64,000 nucleotides of DNA from Nitrospirota bacterium (lineage in GTDB: Bacteria; Nitrospirota; JACRHJ01): positions 288,001 to 352,000 of the forward strand of contig CAVTDB010000026.1 in NCBI GenBank assembly GCA_963733375.1. Reading direction: 5' to 3'. The position numbers were made by a program, and so were the translations under genes. Shown here piece after piece: positions 1-11,093 of this stretch. The notes beneath the pieces are model-generated. The model was given only the letters and a program-made list of their open reading frames with translations. It searched no databases and had not been told where the DNA came from. Within the stretch, counting starts at the first letter, position 1. Every line of letters begins with the position of its first letter.

Positions 1-167
1 TGGCAAACCTCCCTGCGCGGGCGAGGGAGTACGTAAGCAGGCTGGAAGAACTTTCCGGGGCGGCTTTTTCCATTATCTCGACAGGTCCGGACAGGGATGA
101 GACGATAATGCTGGAAAGCCCGTTCTCCTGGCGGCATGGAAGCAGGCTTGCGGGCAAATTGGCTTGA
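1..167 (+). CDS. purA: Adenylosuccinate synthetase, C-terminal end (partial)
   Basis: Manual translation of frame 3: [40 protein letters not shown], the typical PurA C-terminus; TGA at 165-167. Confidence 0.85.
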   Translation, partial: ANLPARAREYVSRLEELSGAAFSIISTGPDRDETIMLESPFSWRHGSRLAGKLA

Positions 168-210
168 CTTTCGCGTCTTCCTCTGGTATTTTTGCCGCCT
201 GCTTAATCGC

Positions 211-286
211 GGGCCGCTAGCTCATTTGGTAGAGCACCGCCCTTTTAAGGCGGGTGTGCTGGGTTCGAATCCCAGGCGGCTCACCA
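211..286 (+). tRNA. tRNA-Lys(UUU)
   Basis: Cloverleaf GGGCCGC...GCGGCTC-A-CCA, anticodon stem CCGCC/GGCGG around CTTTTAA, T-loop GTTCGAATC. Confidence 0.97.
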
Positions 287-295
287 GTACTATCA

Positions 296-328
296 AAGGG
301 GTTACGGATTTTCCGTAGCCCCTTTTTC
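296..328 (+). terminator. Hairpin/bidirectional terminator downstream of tRNA-Lys
   Basis: AAAGGGGTTACGG-ATTTT-CCGTAGCCCCTTTTT inverted repeat with T tail. Confidence 0.7.
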
Positions 329-432
329 GTCCACTGCGCCCCCTTCGCCTGAAACCCTTGGCCTGCTTGGCTTTAGAGCCCTTACCTTTTGTGAAGTCAA
401 GCAGTATCGAGGAGGCAAGGGGGATATCCCTG

Positions 433-2048
433 TTATTTTCCAGATGATTTTTCAACCACTTTTACCATGAATTTCGAAACCTCCCCGGCAGGCAGGGCAG
501 GACTCATTAAATAGCCCTGAATCTCGTCGCAGCCGCAATCCTTCAAAAATGACAACTGGTCCTCGGTCTCGACGCCTTCTGCGGTTACCACCAGATTCAG
601 ATTGTGCGCTAACACGATAATAGCCTTGATGATAGCTTCATCGCTCGGACTCATGGAGATGTTTTTTACAAAAGAAGTGTCGATCTTCAGGCAGTCGAGC
701 GGAATCTGGCTCAGGTGGTTCAGCGATGAATACCCCGTGCCGAAATCGTCAATGGAGATTTTAATGCCCATTCTCTTCAGCTTGTATAAAGTGGCAATAG
801 CTGATTTGGGATCACGCATGAGTGCGCTTTCGGTAATTTCCAATTTCAAATATTTAGGAGGCAGGTTGGCGTTGCGCAGCGCCCGGTCCACGGCCTCAGA
901 CAAGTTCGCCTGATCAAACTGTCGGTTGGAAAGATTCACCGATACCGCAATCGGCTCATATCCGGCCTCCTGCCAGGCCTTAACCTGCAAGCATGCCGTC
1001 TTCAGCACCCACTCGCCGATTGGTATGATAAGGCCGGTCTCCTCCGCGATGGTGATGAATTTCGACGGCAACACGAGGTCGCCATCGGGGGGATTCCAGC
1101 GCAGCAATGCTTCCACGCCGATTAGCTTTCTATCCGAAAGGGAGTGTATAGGCTGGTAGTAGACAAGGAACTCGTCATTCTTTACGGCCCGGTGCAGCCT
1201 GTCTTTTAAATTCTGATATTCAACAGCAGCGGACGTCATCGATTTAGAATAGAACTGGCAATTGTTTCTTCCTTTTGATTTGGCATGGTACATGGCGATA
1301 TCCGCGTTCTTGAGCAGCTCGTCCACGGTGGTCCCATCATTAGGGTAAAGTGATATTCCGACACTTGTGGTTATGAATACCTCGCGGCCGTCCAAAACAA
1401 TAGGCTCGGAAATGGCATTTAAGATGCGGCTGGCTATTTGATAGGCTTCCTTGGGATGGACAAGATTTTGCACCAGCAAGATGAATTCGTCCCCGCCCAG
1501 CCTCGACATGATATTTTCCGCCTGTACTCGTCCCCACGAGCGACATAATCGGAATTTCTTATCAGGTTGACAAGCTTATTGGTTACGGCTCGCAATAGCT
1601 TGTCGCCTTTATCGTGCCCCAGGGTATCGTTAATGCGCTTGAAATTATCCAGGTCAAGGAAGAGGACCGCCATGGTCAGTTCATGCCGGTCCGCATAGGC
1701 AATCGCATGCTCAAGGAGTTCCTTGAAAAACTGGCGGTTTGGCAGTTTTGTCAGGCTGTCGTAATAAGCCAGATAGCGGATTTGCTGTTCGGATTCCTTC
1801 CGGGTTTGCAGTTCCTGCTTTAGTCTGCTCATTTCGGAAACAAAAACTATCGTTATTCCGACCACTACCAAAGGCACCAATAACGCATCGCCAGCCCCGA
1901 TAACCAGTACTTTGTAAGGAACGTAGCCCCACCATAAATAGCTTTGTATGCAGGACGCTATAAAAGTGGCAATTTCGGATAAAAGTACCCCGATCCAGAG
2001 AAAGTGCCACGGGTTGATCTTTTTTATACTCTCAACTAACCGGCCCAT
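433..2048 (-). CDS. Membrane-anchored GGDEF-EAL diguanylate cyclase/phosphodiesterase (one indel near 1510-1530)
   Basis: Two TM helices, YDSLTKLPNR, DLDNFKRINDTLGH, SRLGGDEF, EALLRW, DDFGTGYSS; ORFs 1434..2048 and 433..1509 join. Confidence 0.93.
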
Positions 2049-2101
2049 AAATGCCCTTTTATAAATTTTTCGTTAAATAAACAATTTAGACAAGAGCCCG
2101 T

Positions 2102-3127
2102 CTATGTGAGCTCCGCGTCCAGTATATTGTCGAGATAGATACTGGGAAGCTTCTCCGGGACATAGGAATCCGAGTCGTCAACCCGCACCCACGCAAGCGT
2201 ATGGATCCCATAGGCCAGCTTTTCTTTCCTGCCGTAATTATCGACTTTAAAGTACTCAAAATAAAGGTCCATTCCGCACTCATAAACCCGGACCAGTTTC
2301 ATGGTAACACAGACACGGTCAAACGGCATCGCTTCGCGCAGGTGCTTGATGGAGGAATGAATGCATGCAAATTGTCCTTGCCTGTCCATCTTCCTGTATT
2401 TTTCGGGAGAAAGGTTGAACAGATATCTGTCCCGAAGATGCCCCTGCCACCTGAAATAGTTTGCGAAATAAATGTTCTGGGCGAGGTTGGAATGTTCCAT
2501 CGTGGTATTGATGACGCTTTCTTCGAGGACACCGTTATCCTCTCCGAGAATATCCGCCTCATAGAGCACTTTCCCGCTTCCGCCGTCGTAGGCCTTCCCG
2601 ACGCCGGCCGGCTCTTCATGCTTATCCGCAGGGTCTTCTTCGGGAAGCAGGTTTTCATCCCGCAGGAAGTCAGTAAAAAACTCCGGAGACGGGACAGGCT
2701 CCACAATGCCGTGGTCAACTACTCTGATCCAGGAGACCTCCTGCCTGCTGAATGCCATTCGCTTCATGGTTCCGCCGGGCGCTGTCTTGCCCCAGTCAAA
2801 ACTCAATACCAGCGATGAGCCGAATGCTTTCTCAATCCAAACCCGCGCATCGACCGTCTCGTGATTTCCGATACGGCCCGATATTTCGGTTTCGGTGAAG
2901 TTAGTAACCATGAAGTGGCCGTTATGAAACTCTTCGGCTATGTATTTGCCAATAGGCTTCAGGGCCGTTTCCCGCAACTTTCCAAGCCAGTTAAAATAAC
3001 TGGCGAAATAGACCCCGCCGCTAACCGTCGAGCTGTCTTTCAACACCAACGGGAACTGGAATGAGAGTATCTTCTGCCCTTGCGGGCCTCTGCCCGCGAT
3101 CGATTTCTCTGTGTTCTTTTGCGGCAA
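2102..3127 (-). CDS. Tandem (double) hot-dog acyl-thioesterase, enediyne E10/4HBT-like; probably the C-terminus of the upstream PKS
   Basis: Two repeats: DSSTVSGGVYFASYFNWLGKLRE and EHSNLAQNIYFANYFRWQGHLRD; overlaps the PKS ORF end by about 100 nt. Confidence 0.8.
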   Translation of the reverse strand: MPQKNTEKSIAGRGPQGQKILSFQFPLVLKDSSTVSGGVYFASYFNWLGKLRETALKPIGKYIAEEFHNGHFMVTNFTETEISGRIGNHETVDARVWIEKAFGSSLVLSFDWGKTAPGGTMKRMAFSRQEVSWIRVVDHGIVEPVPSPEFFTDFLRDENLLPEEDPADKHEEPAGVGKAYDGGSGKVLYEADILGEDNGVLEESVINTTMEHSNLAQNIYFANYFRWQGHLRDRYLFNLSPEKYRKMDRQGQFACIHSSIKHLREAMPFDRVCVTMKLVRVYECGMDLYFEYFKVDNYGRKEKLAYGIHTLAWVRVDDSDSYVPEKLPSIYLDNILDAELT

Positions 3128-6100
3128 CCACGGCTACCATACGCTCGCGGCCCCGCAGCAGCTGGACCGGGAATGTCAGGATGGTCAGGCCGCCGCCTTT
3201 AAATACCAGGCAGTCCTCTATCCGCTCGTCGTAGCGAAGGTCGTCCCCGTTCATCTCAGTCGCTTTCCGAAGGGCCTCCAGGGCGCACCAGATGCGGCTT
3301 CCTGCCATGTCTGCCGATTTATCCATGCCGGCCACGGTTTCAAATAGCGGCGCCCTCGTTTCCCCGAGCAGGTCTGTCCACTCCCCTGCGGTCCGGTGCG
3401 TCAGGGTCTCGATGTCGCATCCCTGCGCTCCCCGGCCTGCTGCGCACAGGCACACCCTGTCGTCGTGGCTGAACGACAGGCCGACCAAAACGGAGCCTTC
3501 TACAAAGGGCTTTCCCTCTTGCGTCCAGGCGATGGACGTCTCCCCGGGAAGGTTTTCACCGGCAGCCCCAAGCTTCCGGCAGACCTTTCCGAACAGCTTT
3601 TTCTCTTCGGCATGACGCTCCGTTTTCTTCATCCCGTGAAGTCCTGAGAGGTGTCTGACGGAGACCGCCGGAGTTGTCCTGCCTGTTTTCTGGGAATAAT
3701 GCCGGAGCAGGTTGTCGAGATGCAGTTCGTCCCAGTTATCCGGGTCTTGAAGGTCTGCCGGGCGAGGGGCGTCATTCACCCGCCCGATAATCTTTACCTT
3801 GTAGCCATGCAGCCTTTCGATAACCCGGCCTTCTGAATCGACCGCGGTTACGGCTGCGGTGACCGTTTCATCGTCCCTGTGCAGCAGGTCCAGTACGACC
3901 CTGTGTATCCCCTTGCCGGAGTATGAGGGGAATGTCTCCCATTTTTCTATTTCAACCGGCAGGGCAATCAGGTCGGGCAGTATTATCTGGACCGACTGCA
4001 GCAGCGTGTCCCTGAAGAACGGGTCTTCGGTAACGAAGCTCCCGGACGGGGCCGCCTCTGAATCAAAAACGCATTGGCTGTCGTTAAGAGACCGGACAGA
4101 CTTTATCCGCTGGAACATTCTCCCCTGGAAGAGCATATGGCCGTATAAGTCTTCCTCCGGCATTATGTCAAGGCGGGTTTCGGGAAGCTTGCCGGCATAT
4201 TGTTCCGCTTCTTTTCGCTTATTAAGGACGAACGTCGCTTCGAAATGGTTTTTTGAAAACCCGGTCTGGTCTACCGTTATGCCCGCTTTCACATGGATTG
4301 TCTCGTCCGCGGAATCCGCCTCTTCGACAAGTGCGCGGATATGGATTTCCGTCGGGTTATCCGCCTCGACCGCGATAGGGAGGGTCAGCTGGATATTCTC
4401 TACCTGCAGATAGCTGATATCGTGGATGCCCGTGACGGCCGAAACCGCCTGCGCCATGGCTTCGATGCCAAAAACGGTCGGGAACAGGTAGCTGCCCCTG
4501 AAAAGGTGGTCTTTCAGGTAGGGGTCAGCGTCCAGGGTCAGCGATACTTTTGTTTCTATCTCTATTCCCTTCTCGTAGTGAAGGACCTCTTCCAGGAAGC
4601 GCGAAGCCCGCGGTTTTGACACCTGGGGTCTCGGGATGGTATTGAGGCCTCCAAGCCTGCCCGAAACTATTATCTGTTTTTCCCCGGTCTCTTTTTCCAG
4701 GAGCTGCATGAAGCGCTCCACGCCCTTCTCCCGCGGTATGGGAAGGACGCCCATCTTCGACAGGAAATCCAGGCTTCCCATCCGTGCGCCCATCCCGACT
4801 TCGTCCCAGACGCTGAAGGCAAGGGTGATAACTTCGGCCCCGGTATCGGACCCGAACTGCTGCAGGAGGAGGTTCAACATCTCGTTCGAGAACCCGTACC
4901 ACGCGTTTCCCGCCATTCCCGTTACGCCTATAATAGACCCGAACCCGGCAAAAAGTTTAATCGGGTCGTCTTTAAGGCTGTCGCATATATTTATCGCGCC
5001 TATTAGTTTAGGCGCAATTTCCCGAAGCGCCGCGCCCGGGTCAATCTGTTCAAGGCGGCGCGGCCTGTTGAGCGCGGCCCCGTGAATGACGCCGGTGATT
5101 TTGCCCAGGTCCTTTTCCACCTGTTTTTTGAGGTCGACAACGGCCGCCTTATCCGAGACGTCGCACGGGTAGTAGCGAAAAACCGTCCCGCTTTCCCTGT
5201 AGCGTTCCAGGACGTTCTCTATCTCTTCATCCTTGTGTATTAAGACCGTGCTTCCGGCTATGGCAAGCTTGACCCCATATTTCTTTGCGAACGCAAGGGC
5301 GCATTCCGCGGTAATCCCCCTGGCGCCTCCCGTAACCAGGACCACATCATCGGCCGTCCATCGGGTTTTTCTTTCCCTGTAGTCCCTGGGGTCGCTGACC
5401 TCCAGCATGGGGACATGCCGCTTAAGGCCGCGGTCGAATGACGCTACGGCGAATTCTTCCCCGGCATGGAGCTCTTGCAGTATCTCCTGCAGGATACGGG
5501 TCTGCGTCCCCCGTTTCATTAAACTCCAGTACCCGAATCCTCTCCTTCATGTTTTCAAGATAAACGCTGCAGAGAAAGGCGGCGCTCCCTTTCGCTTCCA
5601 TGGAGACGCCGGAGCCGCATTCATAAAAACCGCCGCTCCCGAACTGCACGACCGCGTACTCCGGTTTAGTGGCCGTCTTCATCGAAGTGATGACTTTCCC
5701 GATGCAGCTTAAACGCGACACCATGCTCGTAACGGACTCACGGGTCAGCGGGCCCGCACCCTTCTTCCCTGAAGGAAGCAGGAAAATAAAGGACTGGTAC
5801 TTTGCATAATCATCCGCCGCAAGGTTATAAAGACTGCCGTAATCAATGGATGACGCGGCGATTTTATTCCGTATCAGAATATTTTCCATTTCGGAGGCGA
5901 GACCGTCAGTCTCATCGACGGAGACGAGCAGCATATGCTTTTTTTCTTCGGAGGTTTTTTCAAAAATCGCCTTGAAAGACTGCGAAGACGGGCGCGGCCG
6001 CTCCTCATAGGCGACTTTAAAATTTCGGACCCAGTTATCGGACTTATTAATTGCCGCTGTTTCCTGGGGCCGAACTTCCCCCGTCTCGTCCGGGGTATCG

Positions 6101-9100
6101 ATAACGCTTTTAATCCGGTCATAGATCTCCCGCATCGAGCTGTTCGCCATGGCCGTGGGGTCAATCTGTTTGCCTTCCGCGTTGTACAGCCTCAAAGCCC
6201 TGACCGCGAACTGCCCGGCCTTGATGGAGTCCAGGTTCAGGTCGTCGAGCAGGCGGTGGTCCATGGATATCGAGTCCACGGGAAAGCCCGTCATTTCCGA
6301 TGCAAGCTTCAAAAGCAGTTCCGGGGCAGCCGCATTTTGCGGAGCTAACGGCATTTCATGCAGGGGGCCGTCCGTTTTTCCGGTTGCGGCGGCGGGAACA
6401 TCCTTAAGGACGATACCCTGCGCCTCGGTCTGTATCAGCCCGCGTATGTAATCTATCTGCTGTCTTGTAAAGAGCCCGGCCGCGTCGTCCGGGCCCAGTG
6501 AGGGGACCAGGGCCGGCCCGATTTCGCGTATGACGACAGAACTCATCAAGGTTTCTTCTTCCGCGGGGACAGAGGAGTGTTCACACTGGTTTTCAATGAA
6601 GAAACGCTTTGAAGCCGGGACAAACGGCCTTACCAGCCGGTTCTCGAAAAGGGCTGTCCAGTTGACTTCGCCTCCGCGTACGAAGTAGCAACCGAGGAAG
6701 ACGTTCAGGGAACGCATGTCTCCCGCTTTCGATTCGACGGGAAGGCAAACCGGCTCATCCGTACCCGCAATGGAATTGGCCAGGTCGGACAAGACGCGGC
6801 CCGGACCTACTTCTACCAGCAGGTCGCATTCCCTCCTCATGTTATTTATCAAGGATATGAAATCTACCGGATGGGTTACCTGCCTTGAAAAATGCCGCTT
6901 AGTGTCGGTCCCGGGACTAACCTCGCTGCCGTCCATCGAAGTCAGCAATTTAATGTCCGTTCCGCTAAGGACATCCGGGATTGGCGCATATCTGAATAAT
7001 TTATCTGCCGCCCCGGCCATCAGCCGCGAATGGAAGGCGTTCGAAACCGGCAGGTATTTCGTTTTTATGTTCGCGAGCGACGCCCGCTTCACCGCTTCCT
7101 CAACCGCCAGCCTCTCGCCGGATACCACTGTTTGAGCGGGGCTGTTGATGTTCGCTATGGTGATGTAGCCTGCGATGTCCCCCAGCAGTTCTTCGGTTTT
7201 CTCCCGGTCGCAGGCGAAGCTGGCCATTGTCCCCGCGTTGTCTTCGGATGCGGAGGTCGCCCTACCCCGGAACGCCGCAAAATCAAGCAGTGTTTCGTCA
7301 TCGAACGCGCCTGCCGCGCGGAATGCCGTCAACTCGCCCAGGCTATGGCCGGCTGCAACGACCGGCCTGATACCCAGGTTCTCCATATGCCGGATCCACA
7401 AGAGCGAAGTCATGCATAAGGCCGGCTGCGCGATATCCGAACGGGACAGTGACTGACGCCACCCGTCCAGCTGGCTATTGTCAATGGCGCGGTCAACCGG
7501 CCGGTAGATATGCTCGTAAATGTTCTCAAATCCTTTTTCCGCCAGCCGCGTTTCGGCCTTCTTCCGGAGTTCCCTGGCCCACCCGTAGCGTTCCGTGATG
7601 ATCCGCCCCATATTCAGTTGCTGAGACCCCTGCCCCGGAAACAGGAAGCCGATGCGTGCGCGCGATACCGTATTTCCAACCCATATATCCTGATGCGGGT
7701 CGAAAGCCGTCCCGCCTTTTGGAATGTCGCCAGCCTTCAGCATCTGCTCCGCGCGGCCAAGACAACTCGACGAGAGCTGCGGGTGCCCCGGCAACCAGGG
7801 CAACCCGAAAATGTTTACCGGCCGGGAGTTCCCGGGTAAGTTCCTTGGACAGGTCTACCATCTCGCCGGTGCTTATCCCCAGGGCGACGCCCTTCAACTG
7901 GGCTATGCGGGCGAGCATTTCCTGCTGCGTCCCGGCGGACAGGACAAAAAGCTCAGTCTCCTGGTACGACGCAAGCAGCTCCCTTTCGCCGATGGAGGGC
8001 CTTATCTGCTCCGCGGGCTCCCCGGCGGACTCGACGGTAACATGGCAGTTAATCCCCCCGAACCCCATGCCCGATACCCCGGCGCGGATGGTGGCGTCCG
8101 CGTTCCGTACCTCGCCCTCTATGACGGGATATATGCCGCGCGCCTTCTCGTTGAATATCGGGTTCGGCTCGCTGCAGCCGGCGGTGGGCGGGATGACGCG
8201 CCTGTTTACCGCCATGACGGCCTTTATGAAGCCGCCTATACCCGAGGCGGCCTTGGTATGCCCGATAAGCGACTTGAGCGACGTGATGCCCAGGGGCCGC
8301 AGAGTTTCCGGGTTGCCACCTTCCATGGCGCTCGCGATACCCTCCAACTCGGCTTTATCGCCTGCGGTAGTGCCTGTCCCGTGGCCCTCGATAAAATCTA
8401 CAGAGTCAAGTCCATACCCTGCCTTGCCGTACGCCCGCCGAATCGCGAGGGCCTGGGTCAGCGCCTTCGGGGCCGTCATGCCGCCCTTGCCGTCGGAGGA
8501 CAACCCCCAGCCCCGGAGGATGGCGTATATATAATCCCCGGCGGCCCGGGCGTCCTGCAGCCTCTTCAATATGACAAACCCGGCCCCTTCGCCAGGAATG
8601 AATCCGCTGGCGCGGCGGTCGTACACCCTCATGTCTTCCCTGGTCAGGGCGTTTGTCTTGGCAAAGCCTATAAGCTCGAAGGTATCGAGGCTGATGTCTA
8701 TCCCTCCCGCTACCGCGAGGTCGAGAGTGCCGGCGGAGAGGGCGTTAGCGGCGGTGGCCACCGCGATGAGAGACGAGGAACAGGCCCCGTCCACAGTGTA
8801 CCCGCCGCCATGCATGTCGAGGAAATTGCAGATTCTGCCGGCAATGGTGTTGGAGAGGTTTCCGGCCAGGGTGTCCTCGGTGATGGGGGCGAAAGCGGAT
8901 TTGTACGACGTCTCCATGCTGCCCAGCAACTCGTCGATGACGGCGGTAGGCAGCCCTTTCTGGGTAGCGGTAGAGGTAAAGACTTTTTTCACGTAGGGCC
9001 AGCGCAGACGCATCTGCTGCGACCGGCTCTGTTCGCCCGTCATGGTGTTCCCGAGGATGACCCCCGAACGGTCGGACGGGATGCTCTGGCGGGTTAAGCC

Positions 9101-9742
9101 CGCGTCTTCCAGGGCCCTGAGCGCGACCTCAAGCGCCAGCCAGTGGACTATATCCGAAGAATCCACGACGGTCTTCGGGATGCCGCGCTTTACCCAGTCA
9201 AACTCGAACCCGTCGATCACCGCCGCACGGTCCCCGTAGGTCTTGTCGGATACGGAGGGGTCCGGGTCGTAATATTCGGAAAGCGGCAGGCGCTGCTCGG
9301 GGATCCGGCGGAACGCTCTTTTTCGGGCAAGTATGTTTTCCCAGAACGATTTTAAGTCCGCGGCGCCAGGGTAATAGCAGGACATGCCTATTACGGCGAT
9401 AGCATCGTGGGATATTTCGGTCTTTATCTTGTAATAAGAAGATTTGTAGAATTTACTGAATTCGGGGGGTGGATTTATTATCTTCAGGCCCATCTCTCTC
9501 AAGGAATTCCCGGCCCGCTTGTCGGTCCATGCCACCTCGCATGACAGTGCCAGGTCTTCTCCCTGCGGGACAGTGAATTTTACTGTCAGCGCCGTTGCAT
9601 TTTCGATAAGGTCTTTCGAATCCGTAATTACATACAAACCTTTTTCTGAAATGCCTACAATGAAAGCCTTAGAGGTCTTATTGCCCCAAATGACGTCGAC
9701 TTCAAAATTGACGGGTATCCTCAGTGTGGTTCGTCTTTCCAT
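3021..9742 (-). CDS. Iterative type I PKS of the enediyne PKSE type with N-terminal PilZ domain: PilZ-KS-AT-ACP-KR-DH-PPTase (indels near 7750 and 5500)
   Basis: KS DGACSSSL/EGHGTGT/GHTKAASG and PKSE-like GNTMTGEQSRSQQMRLRWPYV; AT GHSLGE, NAFHS; ACP LLDDLNLDSI; KR TGGARGIT; DH YLKDHLFRGSYLFP; PPTase SFSHD..GCDIE..RIWCALEALRK. Confidence 0.9.
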
Positions 9743-9835
9743 TTGGTACGCCTCTAGTCGTTAGATGTCGCAACGCAGTTTTTTCAGCATCCGGCTCCAG
9801 TGAAGCAGGGGCGTAGCCGACTGAAAAATCAGTTA

Positions 9836-9865
9836 ATAATAATCTAATTTATAAGCATTAGTCAA
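9836..9865 (-). promoter_or_regulatory. Putative sigma70 promoter of the PKS operon
   Basis: Minus strand TTGACT-18 nt-TATTAT about 95 nt upstream of the PKS start. Confidence 0.45.
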
Positions 9866-9937
9866 TTTGTTTCATGTAAAGTGTGTAACCGGGCGTTGCG
9901 GAACGGGTTTATCAAACGCGTCAACCAAAAACCCGCC

Positions 9938-9990
9938 TTGACAATATTACCCCAATATGCAATACTTGCGAAGTAACAATGATTTCATTC
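9938..9990 (+). promoter_or_regulatory. sigma70 promoter plus Fur/Per-box-like palindrome upstream of the Fur-family gene
   Basis: TTGACA-17 nt-AATACT with extended TG; AATGATTTCATT near-palindrome before the RBS GAGG. Confidence 0.5.
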
Positions 9991-10002
9991 TGAGGTAGCA
10001 AT

Positions 10003-10404
10003 ATGGTGGAAAATAAGGATAAAAAACTAAAAATGACTCCGCAGAGGGCGGCAATTTTAAAATACATGGACGGAAATAAGTCCCATCCGTCAGCGGAGGC
10101 GATTTATGAGGCCGTCCGCAAAAAATACCCCATGATCTCCTTCACCACCGTCTATAACACGCTCCAGACGCTGAAAGACTTGGACCGGGTATGGGAACTG
10201 AACATCGACGACGAGAGGAAGCGCTACGACCCGAACACCAATCTTCACCACCACCTGATATGCAACAAGTGTAAAAAGATAGTGGATATACACATGGATT
10301 TTCCGCTGGAAGTCCCGGAGGAGCTTGCGCAGGGCTATATGGTAAACGGACGGCACGTGGAATTCTATGGACTCTGCCCCAAGTGCCGTAAGACGCGAGG
10401 CTGA
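10003..10404 (+). CDS. Fur-family regulator, PerR-like
   Basis: MTPQRAAIL, HPSAE, TVYNTL, HHHLICNKC, CPKC; adjacent to rubrerythrin and cydAB. Confidence 0.9.
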   Translation: MVENKDKKLKMTPQRAAILKYMDGNKSHPSAEAIYEAVRKKYPMISFTTVYNTLQTLKDLDRVWELNIDDERKRYDPNTNLHHHLICNKCKKIVDIHMDFPLEVPEELAQGYMVNGRHVEFYGLCPKCRKTRG

Positions 10405-10514
10405 ATATATGCGGAAAGTAGTAAAGAGGCGGCGCAATTTTGCAAAACCCCCGCCCGAGTGCACACTCAGGCGCGGCAACATTAACCAGGCACATGAAAC
10501 CAGGGAGGGTGAAG

Positions 10515-10934
10515 ATGGAGATAATAAACGAACACAAGCTGGGTGTGGCAAAAGGGACTGCTGTGGAGCAGGATGTAGATATGAACTTCAAAGGTGAGAC
10601 CGCCGAGGTCGGGCTTTACCTGGCCATGGCGCGGGTGGCGCAGAGGGAAGGCTATCCGGAGGTCGCGGGTACGCTTAAGACCATCGCATGGGAAGAGGCG
10701 GAGCACGCGGCGCATTTTGCCGAGATGAACGGGCTTGTGTCGGAGAGCACCAGGGAGAATATCGAGCGGATGATAAAGGGTGAGATCGGCGCCAATAACG
10801 GCAAGAAGGCCGCGGCGAAAAAGGCCAAGGAAAACGATATAGACCCGGCGCACGATTTCTTCGACGAGTCCTCAAGGGACGAGGCGCGTCACGCAAGGAT
10901 GCTCCAGGGCGTGCTCGACCGTTACTTCAAATAA
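10515..10934 (+). CDS. Rubrerythrin/ferritin-like di-iron protein
   Basis: [32 protein letters not shown] motifs; RBS GGAGG. Confidence 0.88.
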   Translation: MEIINEHKLGVAKGTAVEQDVDMNFKGETAEVGLYLAMARVAQREGYPEVAGTLKTIAWEEAEHAAHFAEMNGLVSESTRENIERMIKGEIGANNGKKAAAKKAKENDIDPAHDFFDESSRDEARHARMLQGVLDRYFK

Positions 10935-10944
10935 CAGTCAAAAC

Positions 10945-11043
10945 CTTTCTTTTCTTTTGCGGAAAAGAAAAGAAACAAAAGAAAATGGGGCTTTTAAGTC
11001 CGGCTTTCTTTTGGTACTTTTCTTTCACCCGAAAGAAAAGTAC
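10945..11043. repeat. Inverted pair of REP-like palindromic elements (TTTCTTTGGTTACTTTCTTT...AAAGAAAGTAAC family)
   Basis: Two hairpin units in opposite orientation; a third copy at 48797-48834. Confidence 0.7.
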
Positions 11044-11093
11044 GGTTAAGATTTCTGCTATATTATTGAATATTACCCTTACGGAGGTGGCTG

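Noticed and set aside
7656-9097. Long antisense ORFs opposite the PKS and other genes
   Set aside because: These are shadow ORFs expected from GC-rich codon bias, with no recognisable motifs.
2102-9742. A true enediyne antibiotic gene cluster
   Set aside because: Only PKSE-like and thioesterase parts are present, with no E3/E4/E5, tailoring or resistance genes nearby.
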